Shown in pieces: positions 30,357 to 40,548 of a DNA stretch of 64,000 nucleotides. A model generated the notes under the pieces. The model saw nothing but the letters and a program-made list of their open reading frames with translations. It was not told where the DNA came from and did not search any database. Both the position numbers and the translations under genes were made by a program. Positions within the stretch are counted from its first letter, which is position 1. Every line of letters starts with the position of its first letter. This stretch comes from Candidatus Hydrogenedentota bacterium. Lineage in GTDB: Bacteria > Hydrogenedentota > Hydrogenedentia > Hydrogenedentales > SLHB01. Location of the stretch: NCBI GenBank assembly GCA_045863295.1, contig BTWA01000009.1, forward strand, positions 1 through 64,000, read 5' to 3'.

Positions 30357-31094
30357 TCAATTCGACTTCCGCGCCACGGCAAACACGGAAAGCCCGAACG
30401 GAAGGGGCAACACACGCAACCAGCCCCGTTCAAGCGCCAACGCCAATCCGCAAACATGATTTGTGATCGCCCCTGGGAGTTCGGCAACGTCGGATGCCGG
30501 CTTGGGATCGGCCTTTCGCCAGACTCGGATGGCGGCCGCGGCGGGGAAGAGCAGGGTATTCCAATACGAGACCCGTACTACCGCAAACCCCGCCCTATCC
30601 AGCAACTCAACAAGAGACCGGCGCGTAAAGCGTCGTGCTGTCTGGATATGTTCATCATGGGATGATCGAAGCCATTCGTATGCCGGTACGTTGATGAAGG
30701 CGTAACCGCCGGGCCGAAGCACCCGCAGCATTTCCTTCAGGGCAACCTCGGGATCGGGAACGTTCCGGTGATAGATCACATCCAAATTAATCACTACATC
30801 AAAGCAGGAATCCGGGTAGGGAAGATCGAGCACGGACGCACGGCAAGTATTGTATAGATGACTAAGTCGACAATAAGACAGTGCCTCTATGGCAGCATCG
30901 ATTCCGTGCTTTTCAACATTCTCGCCAAGTCGAAGCAGCGAATCACCCGTCCCACAGCCGGCATCGAGCACTCTTAGTTGTGTTTCTTGTGAAAGTAAAT
31001 TGTTCCAATGATGTTTCAAGAGTCGATTTAAACCCAAATACCACCAGTGAGCTTGTTCCGCCCGACGAAGATGGGCATATTCCTCGGCCTTCAC
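30357..31094 (-). CDS. Class I SAM-dependent methyltransferase
   Basis: HWWY, VLDAGCGTG, FDVV, RVLRPGG, VPAYEWL.S.HD. Confidence 0.92.
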   Translation of the reverse strand: MKAEEYAHLRRAEQAHWWYLGLNRLLKHHWNNLLSQETQLRVLDAGCGTGDSLLRLGENVEKHGIDAAIEALSYCRLSHLYNTCRASVLDLPYPDSCFDVVINLDVIYHRNVPDPEVALKEMLRVLRPGGYAFINVPAYEWLRSSHDEHIQTARRFTRRSLVELLDRAGFAVVRVSYWNTLLFPAAAAIRVWRKADPKPASDVAELPGAITNHVCGLALALERGWLRVLPLPFGLSVFAVARKSN

Positions 31095-32188
31095 CGGGCG
31101 AATTCACTCACGAGTCCAGCCACAAGAAGCAGGTCGTCTTTAGCTAACTCCGGGTAGAGTGGAAGACTTAGCACTGCTCGGGAGGCCTCTTCGGAAACTG
31201 GGAAATCTCCCTGGCCCTTGCCAAGGCTCCGGTACGCCTCCTGCAAGTGGATGGGGACCGGATAATGAATGAGCGAGTAAACGCTCCGCGAGGCAAGGAA
31301 GTCCTGCAATTCGTCCCGGTCTTTCACACGTATGGGAAACAGGTGCCGGTTTCCTGTAGCCCAGGAAGCTTCGGCGGGCAGCGTCAGCTTCGCGGTGGAC
31401 AGGATGTCCTCGTACCACGCAGCCCGGATTCTTCGTTCCCGATTCCAAGTGTCGAGGCGCGGCAGCTTCACCCGAAGCACGGCCGCCTGGACCTCGTCCA
31501 ACCGGCTGTTTACCCCCTCGACGGTGTGTTCGTACCGGCGCTTCTCACCATAGTTGCGAATAAGCCGGAGCGAGTCCGCGATTGCCGGATCGCTGGTCAC
31601 CACGGCCCCGCCATCGCCGTAGGCCCCCAGATTCTTGGTGGGATAGAAGCTAAATGCCGCGGCTGCGCCAAAGGTCCCGCATTTCTTTCCTTTGTACAGA
31701 CTCCCATGCGCCTGAGCACAGTCTTCCACCACCACCAGTCCGTGCGCCGCCGCGATATCCACGATGGGATCCATATCGCATGGATGTCCGTACAGGTGAA
31801 CGGGAACTACCGCCCGGGTCCGGGGAGTGATAGCGGCTTCAAGCCGGTTCGGATCCAGGGTCAGCGTTTCGGGATCCACATCCACCAATCGGGGAGTCGC
31901 ACCGGAGGCCGTGATACCGCATAGCGTAGGCACACACGTATTGGCCACCGTGATGACTTCATCCCCCGGACCCACACCGGCGGCACGGAGCGCGAGGTGA
32001 ATCGCATCCGTGCCCGAGGCTACTCCCAGGCAATGCGCGGCGCCAACATACTCGGCAAATTCCCGTTCGAATGCCTTCAGTTCTTCACCCAAAATGTACC
32101 AACCGCTGGTCAATACCCGTTCCACGGCGTCGCGAATCTCGTGTTCCATCGAGGCAAACTGATTCTTGAGTTGGAAGAAGGGAATCAT
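31091..32188 (-). CDS. DegT/DnrJ/EryC1/StrS sugar aminotransferase
   Basis: SGTDA, PVHLYG, EDCAQAHG, SFYPTKNLGAYGDGG, NSRLDEVQAA. Confidence 0.95.
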   Translation of the reverse strand: MIPFFQLKNQFASMEHEIRDAVERVLTSGWYILGEELKAFEREFAEYVGAAHCLGVASGTDAIHLALRAAGVGPGDEVITVANTCVPTLCGITASGATPRLVDVDPETLTLDPNRLEAAITPRTRAVVPVHLYGHPCDMDPIVDIAAAHGLVVVEDCAQAHGSLYKGKKCGTFGAAAAFSFYPTKNLGAYGDGGAVVTSDPAIADSLRLIRNYGEKRRYEHTVEGVNSRLDEVQAAVLRVKLPRLDTWNRERRIRAAWYEDILSTAKLTLPAEASWATGNRHLFPIRVKDRDELQDFLASRSVYSLIHYPVPIHLQEAYRSLGKGQGDFPVSEEASRAVLSLPLYPELAKDDLLLVAGLVSEFAR

Positions 32189-32973
32189 GGCGGCCCATCC
32201 TCCGGCTTTCCTGCCGGACGCAACGGTTTTGACCGGCCGCCACACCAATAAAAGAGAAACACATCGCGATACCACAAAGCCGTCAGATGGCGCGCAATCC
32301 GAAACAAGCGCGGAAAATTAAAGAATTGCGATTTTCCGTGCGCCCGTTCGAAATGATGGACCGGAACTTCCACGATTCGAAAGCCTTCCCGCTGAATCTT
32401 CGTCATCATCTCCGCGCAGATGGTCCCATCAGGACTAGTCAATTCGATCGTATCGAAAATGGATCGACGCAGGAGACGGAAGTCGCAGTCGGTATCTCGA
32501 ATCTTCAAGCCAAAGGCGATTCGGATAATCCAATGGTAAATGCGCCCAATGACGATTCGGTGAAGCGGATCGTGTCTCTGAATCTTGTATCCTTGTACGA
32601 CATCCACATCCGGACCGGCGTGTCGAACGAGTTCAGTTAATTCGCGCACGTCGTATTGAGCGTCCCCGTCCGTGTAAAATATCCATTCCTTCTTGGCCGT
32701 TGCGAATCCCGTTCGCAGGGCACATCCATATCCCCGGTTAACCCCGTGATGGACAATAATGGTGTCTGGTAGAACAGACTTTATTTCGTCAAGAATCGCC
32801 TGTGTGTGTTCACCACTTCCATCGTCCACAACGATGATTTCGTAATCCAATCCCATTTGTTGCACGGTCTTCTTGGTAAGCAATACCATGCTTCCGATGG
32901 TGCCCCAGTCGTGATAGCACGGATAGAAGATGCTCACTGAAAGTGGGTGACCCAACCCATTAGCGGATGTCAT
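32185..32973 (-). CDS. GT2 polyprenyl-phosphate glycosyltransferase (DPM1/ArnC-like)
   Basis: IIVVDDGS, NRGYG.AL..G, YTDGDAQY, DTDCDFRL. Confidence 0.92.
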   Translation of the reverse strand: MTSANGLGHPLSVSIFYPCYHDWGTIGSMVLLTKKTVQQMGLDYEIIVVDDGSGEHTQAILDEIKSVLPDTIIVHHGVNRGYGCALRTGFATAKKEWIFYTDGDAQYDVRELTELVRHAGPDVDVVQGYKIQRHDPLHRIVIGRIYHWIIRIAFGLKIRDTDCDFRLLRRSIFDTIELTSPDGTICAEMMTKIQREGFRIVEVPVHHFERAHGKSQFFNFPRLFRIARHLTALWYRDVFLFYWCGGRSKPLRPAGKPEDGPP

Positions 32974-34645
32974 TGAAATACACCCCATATTCGCCGATCA
33001 TCCGATCCGGTGGACGATGATTCGTAAACGTCGACACTTGATGGGGGGCAACCAAGACAACAGCGGCGTCATCAAGCGAGTCAGGAGAATCGGGAACACG
33101 AGACACAGGCCGGTCTGCGAAAAAATTCGCAATGCGGGGAATCGTGTAATAGGTGGAAGCTACGTGGGTGCCAGTATCCAGCTCTCGGAGGAAATCAGCC
33201 ATTGCCCGATCGGATTTCATGTCGTCGGCCTGAATTGTCGCCGACAAAGGCCCGGCCACAGCCTGCACCATCCCGGCGAGGGTTAGCCCAATAACTCCGA
33301 GGCCAGCCAAACCCAAGCCCGGCCGTCGGCGAAATTCAAGTACCATCCCGGCCATTCGTACCATGAGAGGTGCGATAAATACCGTCCCAAGTGCAAACGC
33401 GTACCACACATACCGGATGATCTGTCCGGGTGTGAACAAGAGAAACCAAGCCAGCACGAAAACGATGGTCAGCCAAAGGGCCAACGACACCGGGTCACAA
33501 CTCCTGGATCCCGTTCGTGGAATCGCATAGGCCAACGCGACCCCAAGCACCACGCACGGCAATACCCAATCCACCAAGTTCGCGAGCCCTATCCGAATAC
33601 CCGCAGGACCGATCAGGAGATAGTGCATGTAGAAACTTCCCATTCCCGTGGCAGATCCGCTGCCCGAGTCCGCGAATACGAATTGGCAAACCTGCCACAA
33701 AACGATCGGAACTGCTGCCCCCAACACGATTCCCGCCGTGCTGACCAAGGAAGAAAGCCGACGTGCCTGCCAATCGTACAGAAGAGCCCAAACCAAGGGA
33801 AAGAGCAGCACGATCAGGAAATATTTTGCCAGGACAGCGAGGCCGAAAAATAGGCCTGCCATTATCCCGTATGCTAACCGGGCCGGTCGTAGCGCATGTC
33901 GTCCGCGTTGCATCACAATGCACCCGCACAAAAGATACATGGCCGCGGGAACTTCACCGTACAACGTCCGGCCAAGATACAAACTCCCTACTGCGGAAAT
34001 CGAAAGGAGAACCGCAATCAGCCCTGTCCAAGGGGTATACATCGATCGAACCAGCAGATAAAGCGCCAGACACATACCCACAAAGCTGACGGCAATGACT
34101 CCCCGCGCCGTTTCCAATCGTGCGCCGAACATGACAAATCCGGCGGCGACCGGGACGATTACCGACGGCCCCACGGAATCATAGGGATCGAATCGGACAA
34201 ACCCTTGCTCCGGCCGTCCCGATGCATATACGCCGTACTCGGCAAGATTTCGCGATACTATCAAGTGGTGCAGTTCGTCCGGTTCGGCGCGAGGGTATCG
34301 GTCAAGGCCCTGAAAAGCCGCGAATCCAAGTAGAAGTACGGCCGCCAGCACACCTACGTCGGCCATTTGAAACGGTTTGCGTACCCCAGTCTCTTCTGGA
34401 TGGGAGGCACGTTCAGGTGAAAGGCGCGAAAGCAGAGCCAAGCAGACAAACGACACGCCTCCAAAAACGGCGAATCGCAACCCCAATTTCCAATTGGCTA
34501 TCCCGGGTACGTCTCCGTGCAGCAACTCGAAAAGAAATACCACGGCCGCACCCGCGGCAGCGAAGGAGGCCACCATACCGGCGGCAACCAACAAAACCCT
34601 GGGGTACGGCCCACGTACCCCTACGTCAGCTTGGACACCCGTCAT
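32960..34645 (-). CDS. ArnT/PMT-like GT-C membrane glycosyltransferase
   Basis: EPDE luminal acidic motif, YGEVP, GLFFGLAVLAK, many TM helices. Confidence 0.8.
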   Translation of the reverse strand: MTGVQADVGVRGPYPRVLLVAAGMVASFAAAGAAVVFLFELLHGDVPGIANWKLGLRFAVFGGVSFVCLALLSRLSPERASHPEETGVRKPFQMADVGVLAAVLLLGFAAFQGLDRYPRAEPDELHHLIVSRNLAEYGVYASGRPEQGFVRFDPYDSVGPSVIVPVAAGFVMFGARLETARGVIAVSFVGMCLALYLLVRSMYTPWTGLIAVLLSISAVGSLYLGRTLYGEVPAAMYLLCGCIVMQRGRHALRPARLAYGIMAGLFFGLAVLAKYFLIVLLFPLVWALLYDWQARRLSSLVSTAGIVLGAAVPIVLWQVCQFVFADSGSGSATGMGSFYMHYLLIGPAGIRIGLANLVDWVLPCVVLGVALAYAIPRTGSRSCDPVSLALWLTIVFVLAWFLLFTPGQIIRYVWYAFALGTVFIAPLMVRMAGMVLEFRRRPGLGLAGLGVIGLTLAGMVQAVAGPLSATIQADDMKSDRAMADFLRELDTGTHVASTYYTIPRIANFFADRPVSRVPDSPDSLDDAAVVLVAPHQVSTFTNHRPPDRMIGEYGVYFNDIR

Positions 34646-35085
34646 AGCGAGGAGGTATGCAAGTAAGTTGAAACCTCATGTCGTAACTGCTTGGAACGAA
34701 TGAGACTATATCAGCAAGACTTTCCTGGAAGAAACGATTTGCCCATTCTGCTTGGATTGGACCGCATTTTGGTGGATGCCGCTGCTCAATGGTGCGGGTC
34801 AATCCCGAAAACCCGGTAGATGCCTGTATCCAGTCTGCTTGGCCATAGGTTTGCGCATAATTCTCTACACACAGTAGAATCGCAGGTGCTTGGCAATGCC
34901 CTCGGGGCAAGGCCGTGGCGCGTCGTCCGGACTTGTGGAATACAGGCCGCACCAATAGCCACTGGCGCGTTGTCCAAGTGTGAATGCGAAGATCCATAAA
35001 GGCAACAGCGATTCTCCCCCTGAGGAAAAAATGACAATGGCTCCCCAGGCAATTGCATGTCGTAACAAAGGGGAGATGGATTCTT

Positions 35086-38000
35086 ATGAGTGAAGACACA
35101 ACTCCTGGGAAAACGCACCGCAAGTCGCGGGCGCTGATAATCGGTTGTGTTGCACTGGCCCTGCTGGCGGCGGGTACCTATTACATTCAGCACGAGGCAA
35201 TACGCATTCGCAATGAAAAGCAACTGGAACTCGAGGTCATAGCCTCCCTCGCTGCCAGACACATCACCGAGTGGCGGAAAGAGAAAAACGCCGACGGTCA
35301 TCGCATATTGGAAGGCATTCTGATAAAGCAATACATTCGCGATTACATGGCCGATCCCGCGTCAGAGTCCGCATCCGAACTATTGCGCAGCCGATTGGCC
35401 CTCGAACTCGAAGACGACGAGTTTGACGCATATGTGACGAATCTCAATGCGGAACCGGTGTTCTCTGCGTCGGGTTCGTTTGACGCGCTTCAACCCACAA
35501 CGAAGTCTGCCGTACTGGAAGCTATTCGGTCCCAAGCGCCGCTTCTCTCGGACTTTTACATCTCCCAATCCAATCGTGCGTGTGTGGACCTTGTTATTCC
35601 GATTCTGTCCGGTGACGGTGAGCCCATGGCCTGCGTGATTCTCCAAAGCGACTTGGGTCACAGTCTGTTTCCATTCCTGGAACTCTGGAGCGAGATGAGC
35701 GATACCGGCGAGTGCCTGTTGGTCCGAAAAGACGGCGACTATGTTGTCTTTATCAGTCCAATGCGGTATGTGTCCAGTCCCGCCACGATGATTCGCAGAC
35801 CACTTACTCAAACGGACCTGCCCGCGGTCGAAGCCGTGCTCGGACATACCGGGTTTTTTGAGGGAAAGGACTATCGCGGCGAAGACGTGATAGCCAATTT
35901 GAAGCACATACCGGGCTCTACGTGGCATCTGGTCACCAAAACTGATGCCTCGGAAGTCACCCATGAAATTGCGAGGCGCGCGGTATTCGTTGTCGGATTC
36001 GGCGTTCTCATTTTCCTCTTGGCGACGGCATGGACTTCGCACCTATTTCGACGCCGCCAATCCAAGATATATAGGGACCTGTATATCAGCGAACGAAGGG
36101 CCCGTGTCGCACAAAGCGAATTTCGATCGACGTTCTTAAGCATCGCCGATGCCGTCTTCACCATCAATGCCGAAGGCCTCGTCCAACAAATGAATCCGGC
36201 CGCGGAGCGGTTGACCGGGTGGCGCCTCGAGGAGATACACGGAAAGCGCCTCGACAACGTCATCGCCATTTTGGACGAAGATACCCGCTCACCTCTGCCG
36301 AGCCCAGTGTTCCACGTTCTCCAAGTAGTAAAGCCCAGCGTGGCCGAGCGGGCGATTTTGATTACGCGCCAAGGGATCGAATTGCCCGTTGCCCGCACGG
36401 CATCGCCCATCAAAACGGAAGACGGTGTCGCCTCGGGCGTCGTGTTAAACCTGCGCGATCAATCCTCCACCCGGGCAGCCGAAAACGCCTTGCGCATGAG
36501 CGAGGCCCGGTTTCGCACGTCGCTCGATGCCATGCTCGAAGGCTGTCAGCTAATCGGCTCCGACTGGCGCTATATCTACGTAAACGATGTGGCCGTCGTT
36601 CAGAACCGGCAGCCTCGCGATCAACTGATTGGGCGCACCGTGCACGAATGTTTTCCCGGCATCGAACACACCGTTGTTTACGCCAAGATGCAGCAATGCA
36701 TGGAGGAACGCACGGCGCACAATTTGGAAACCGAGTTCGAGTTTCCGGACGGGCAAAAAGGGTGGTTCGACGTGTGTATCCAACCCGTGCCGGAAGGCAT
36801 TTTTGTACTTTCGCTCGATATCTCCCGCCGCAAGCGCGCAGAGCAAAGGCAAAAACTGTGGGCCGATGCGTTTGCACACAGCGCCCAGGGTATCGCCATC
36901 GGCGATCCCGGCACCGGCACGTTGCTGTCCTGCAATCCGGCATTCGCAAACCTGCGAAACATGACCGTTGAGCAGTTGACAGGATACAAGATCCTGGACC
37001 TGTATCCGGAAGAAGAAAGAGAGAGCATAGTGGACCATATTGCGGAGTGCGATCGCTCTGGGTATGTCCGCTTCGAAGTCCGGACCAAAACCCACGACGG
37101 AATTGCCAGGGTCCTCCAGATGGAACTTGTCAGTGTGCGCGATGAAGAAGGAAAGCTGCTCTACCGCGTGGCCACCGCCCTGGACATTTCTCCGCTTATC
37201 CGGGCTCAGGAATTACTTCGGTCCAATCAAGCCATGCTCCGCCAAATCCTGGATACGATTCCCCAGTCCGTGTTCTGGAAGGATCTCGAAGGCCGCTATC
37301 TCGGCTGCAATAAAGTGTTCGCCGCCGCCGCCGGCGCAGACAATCCGGACTGGCTAATCGGCAAGAACGATTTCGACATGCCATGGTCCAAAGAGGAATC
37401 GGAAGCCTACCGCGCGGACGATCAGGCCGTAATTGAGAGCGGTCAGGCGAAGTGGCACATCATCGAACACATCCAACGCGCCGACGGTGTTCAGATTTGG
37501 GCCGATACATCCAAACTTCCGCTGCGTGACGAGAACGGCCAAATCTACGGCGTATTGGGTGTGTTCGAAGACATCACCGATCGACTCCGCGACCAACAGG
37601 CCCTGCGCGAAAGCGAAGAACGGTTTCGAACCGCATTCGAAAACATCCCCGACGTTATTGTCATCTACAATCAGGACCTTCGCATAACGTACATTAATGC
37701 CGCCACTTTATTGGTAACCGGCCGGCCCGCAAGCGACTACATAGGCAAAAGAGACGAGGAGATATGGCCGCCGGAGGTATACGAACTGTACTTGCCCACG
37801 CTACGCGCCGCAGTCTCAGAGAGAGCCATCCAGCATGTGGAAGTTGCGCTCGATCTGCCGGTTACAGGCAAACGCTATCTGCACATTACGTGCGTACCGA
37901 TATTCGACGCAAAGGGTCGCGTGAACGAAGTCCTCACGATCACGCACGACTATACCGCGCGGCAAAAGGCGATGGAACAAAACGAGAAGCTGGAAGCCCA

Positions 38001-39141
38001 GTTTCAACAAGCGCAGAAAATGGAAGCCGTCGGGCGGCTCGCCGGAGGCGTCGCGCATGATTTCAATAACATGCTTGCCGTAATTACGGGCAATGCCGGC
38101 ATGGCGCTGGACTCGCTCGATCCAGACGACCCGTTGTATGCGGACCTGCAGGAAATCATGCTCGCCAGCCAGCGATCGGCGGAACTCACGAGACAGCTCC
38201 TCGCATTTGCCCGCAAACAAACCGTGGTCCCCAAAGTGCTGCAAATAAACGAGACGATCGAAGGCATGCTGAAGATGCTTTCGCGTCTGATCGGCGAAAA
38301 TATCGAGTTGACCTTCAAACCCTCGGTCCAGCCACTCCAGGTTCGCATGGATCCCAGTCAAATCGGCCAGATACTTGCCAATCTCGTGGTCAACGCGCGG
38401 GATGCCATACACGACGTGGGGGAAATTCAACTCGAAACAGCCGCCACACGAATCGACGGCGACTACAGCACAACACATGCGGATTTCTCCCCCGGCGATT
38501 ATGTGTCGATTACGGTAAGCGACAACGGGTGCGGCATGAGCAAGGAAACACAGTCGAGACTATTTGAACCGTTTTTCACGACAAAACCCCAGGGGGAAGG
38601 TACCGGCCTGGGATTGGCGACCGTGTACGGAATTGTCCGGCAGAACAATGGATTTGTAAACGTATACAGCGAACCCGGATCAGGTAGTTCGTTCCGCATT
38701 TACCTGCCCCTCCATGTGACCGGCATGGATTCGCAATCCGCGGTCAAGACGCCTACCGAACTGGCAACCGGATGCGAGACCGTTCTACTCGTGGAGGATG
38801 AGCCCGCGCTGCTCAAACTGAGCACGAGGATGTTGGAACAACTGGGGTATCGGGTTCTGCCGGCAGATTCGCCGATTCGAGCCGTGGAAATCGCCAAGGA
38901 AGACACAGAACGAATCGATCTGCTCGTAACCGATGTCATCATGCCTCAGATGAGCGGCCGCGATCTGTGGAAAATCATCAGCGAATTGAGCCCCCACACG
39001 CGTTGTTTATATACATCCGGCTACACGGCCGATGTCATCGCGCGCCAAGGCGTGTTGGACGAAGGAATACATTTCCTCCAAAAACCGTATTCGAAGGAAG
39101 AACTGGCTGTCAAGCTGCGTGAAGTCATCGCCAAACCCTGA
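35086..39141 (+). CDS. Membrane hybrid sensor histidine kinase (Cache-like, about 5 PAS domains, HisKA, HATPase, REC)
   Basis: QAQKMEAVGRLAGGVAHDFNN, NLVVNARDA, DNGCGM, FEPFFTTK.GTGLGL, LLVEDE...TDVIMP. Confidence 0.96.
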   Translation: MSEDTTPGKTHRKSRALIIGCVALALLAAGTYYIQHEAIRIRNEKQLELEVIASLAARHITEWRKEKNADGHRILEGILIKQYIRDYMADPASESASELLRSRLALELEDDEFDAYVTNLNAEPVFSASGSFDALQPTTKSAVLEAIRSQAPLLSDFYISQSNRACVDLVIPILSGDGEPMACVILQSDLGHSLFPFLELWSEMSDTGECLLVRKDGDYVVFISPMRYVSSPATMIRRPLTQTDLPAVEAVLGHTGFFEGKDYRGEDVIANLKHIPGSTWHLVTKTDASEVTHEIARRAVFVVGFGVLIFLLATAWTSHLFRRRQSKIYRDLYISERRARVAQSEFRSTFLSIADAVFTINAEGLVQQMNPAAERLTGWRLEEIHGKRLDNVIAILDEDTRSPLPSPVFHVLQVVKPSVAERAILITRQGIELPVARTASPIKTEDGVASGVVLNLRDQSSTRAAENALRMSEARFRTSLDAMLEGCQLIGSDWRYIYVNDVAVVQNRQPRDQLIGRTVHECFPGIEHTVVYAKMQQCMEERTAHNLETEFEFPDGQKGWFDVCIQPVPEGIFVLSLDISRRKRAEQRQKLWADAFAHSAQGIAIGDPGTGTLLSCNPAFANLRNMTVEQLTGYKILDLYPEEERESIVDHIAECDRSGYVRFEVRTKTHDGIARVLQMELVSVRDEEGKLLYRVATALDISPLIRAQELLRSNQAMLRQILDTIPQSVFWKDLEGRYLGCNKVFAAAAGADNPDWLIGKNDFDMPWSKEESEAYRADDQAVIESGQAKWHIIEHIQRADGVQIWADTSKLPLRDENGQIYGVLGVFEDITDRLRDQQALRESEERFRTAFENIPDVIVIYNQDLRITYINAATLLVTGRPASDYIGKRDEEIWPPEVYELYLPTLRAAVSERAIQHVEVALDLPVTGKRYLHITCVPIFDAKGRVNEVLTITHDYTARQKAMEQNEKLEAQFQQAQKMEAVGRLAGGVAHDFNNMLAVITGNAGMALDSLDPDDPLYADLQEIMLASQRSAELTRQLLAFARKQTVVPKVLQINETIEGMLKMLSRLIGENIELTFKPSVQPLQVRMDPSQIGQILANLVVNARDAIHDVGEIQLETAATRIDGDYSTTHADFSPGDYVSITVSDNGCGMSKETQSRLFEPFFTTKPQGEGTGLGLATVYGIVRQNNGFVNVYSEPGSGSSFRIYLPLHVTGMDSQSAVKTPTELATGCETVLLVEDEPALLKLSTRMLEQLGYRVLPADSPIRAVEIAKEDTERIDLLVTDVIMPQMSGRDLWKIISELSPHTRCLYTSGYTADVIARQGVLDEGIHFLQKPYSKEELAVKLREVIAKP

Positions 39142-39192
39142 TGCAGCCGCAATTCTTGCAGAGACTTTCGGTGACGCGTGAAACCTGAACAA

Positions 39193-40548
39193 TCAGTGTT
39201 TCGGCCGGTCGTGTTGCTGCACGCCCAGATTCGAACTGGATGCCGTTGCCCACTTGCTCGCAACAAATCGACACGCTTCTTCCGGGTTCGACACCCGCCC
39301 TTCCAATTGTGCGTCTTCCACGGCCGAAAGGATTTCTTTGAATAACGGTCCGGGTTTGAATCCCATGGCCATCAAATCCGCCCCAGAGATTAACGGCGCC
39401 GGCTTTACCTGCTCCAAGGGCAGGTGTTGCTTGTAGTCCTCGATCCAATCGATGGTGGATTCATCGCCGTGGCTGGCCCGGCAATCCGCCCGGCACAACG
39501 CCAGCAATTCGTCAAACCCGTCTTCCCGGATAAACCGTTTCCGCTTGCTTTCGCGCATGGAGGGAATGTGGGCTACGCGCATGTGTTGGCCCACCAACCA
39601 AGCAACGCGTTCCGTAGCTGAATTGGAGATCCGAAGCCGCCGGCAGATCGCCTCCGCCATGGCCGCGCCCACCTTGTCATGATTATTGAAGCGTATACGG
39701 TCTTCGAAGGTCATCGTGGGCGGCTTGCCCACATCGTGCAACAGGGATCCCAGCGCCAACGTGGGAGAGGGGGATTGAAGCTCGTCCAACATCATTAACG
39801 TATGAACGAACACGTCTCCTTCGGGATGAAACTCCGGCGGTTGTTGCACGCCCTTCATCGCCTCGATTTCCGGCAACACTTCATGCAACAGACCCGACCG
39901 ATCGAGCCACTCAAACGCGTGCCGAGGCCGGCCCTCGGTCAGCATCTTCAGGATTTCATCCCGTATCCGTTCCGCGCTGGTGGCGCGAATGGTGGGCGCC
40001 AGCCGCCGCATCGCCTCGAATGTCGGCCCATCAATGGCATAATCGAGTCGAGCTGCAAAACGCACCGCCCTCAACAAGCGCAACTTGTCCTCATCAAAAC
40101 GGTGCTCTGGATCGCCCACCGCACGAATCACGCGCCGTTCGATATCCTGTTGACCGCCCACGTAGTCCACTATGGTTTTGCCCAACGGATCGTAAAACAG
40201 CGCATTAACCGTGAAGTCGCGGCGCCGGGCGTCTTCCTCTTCGTCCGCGTAAGTCACAAACGCCGGATGTCTGCCGTCGAGATACGGACCGTCCTTTCGA
40301 AACGTCGCCACTTCAAACGACCCCGCCGGCAGTACGACGACTACGACACCAAACGCCGCGCCAACATTAATCGTTTTTTCAAACAGTCGCGCGATTTCGT
40401 CGGGGGGAGCAGAGGTGGCGATATCGTAGTCCTGGGCCGGTACCTTCAGGATCATGTCACGAACGCTGCCGCCCGCAAGAAGTGCGCGGTGCCCGGCGGC
40501 AGACAATCGCATGCAGATGTCCGTAGCTGCACGGAACCGGTCATCCAT
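39193..40548 (-). CDS. CCA tRNA nucleotidyltransferase / poly(A) polymerase family with HD domain
   Basis: AGGSVRD, DYDIAT, EVATFR, RRDFTVNAL, EDKLRLLRAVRF, LLHDVGKP. Confidence 0.93.
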   Translation of the reverse strand: MDDRFRAATDICMRLSAAGHRALLAGGSVRDMILKVPAQDYDIATSAPPDEIARLFEKTINVGAAFGVVVVVLPAGSFEVATFRKDGPYLDGRHPAFVTYADEEEDARRRDFTVNALFYDPLGKTIVDYVGGQQDIERRVIRAVGDPEHRFDEDKLRLLRAVRFAARLDYAIDGPTFEAMRRLAPTIRATSAERIRDEILKMLTEGRPRHAFEWLDRSGLLHEVLPEIEAMKGVQQPPEFHPEGDVFVHTLMMLDELQSPSPTLALGSLLHDVGKPPTMTFEDRIRFNNHDKVGAAMAEAICRRLRISNSATERVAWLVGQHMRVAHIPSMRESKRKRFIREDGFDELLALCRADCRASHGDESTIDWIEDYKQHLPLEQVKPAPLISGADLMAMGFKPGPLFKEILSAVEDAQLEGRVSNPEEACRFVASKWATASSSNLGVQQHDRPKH

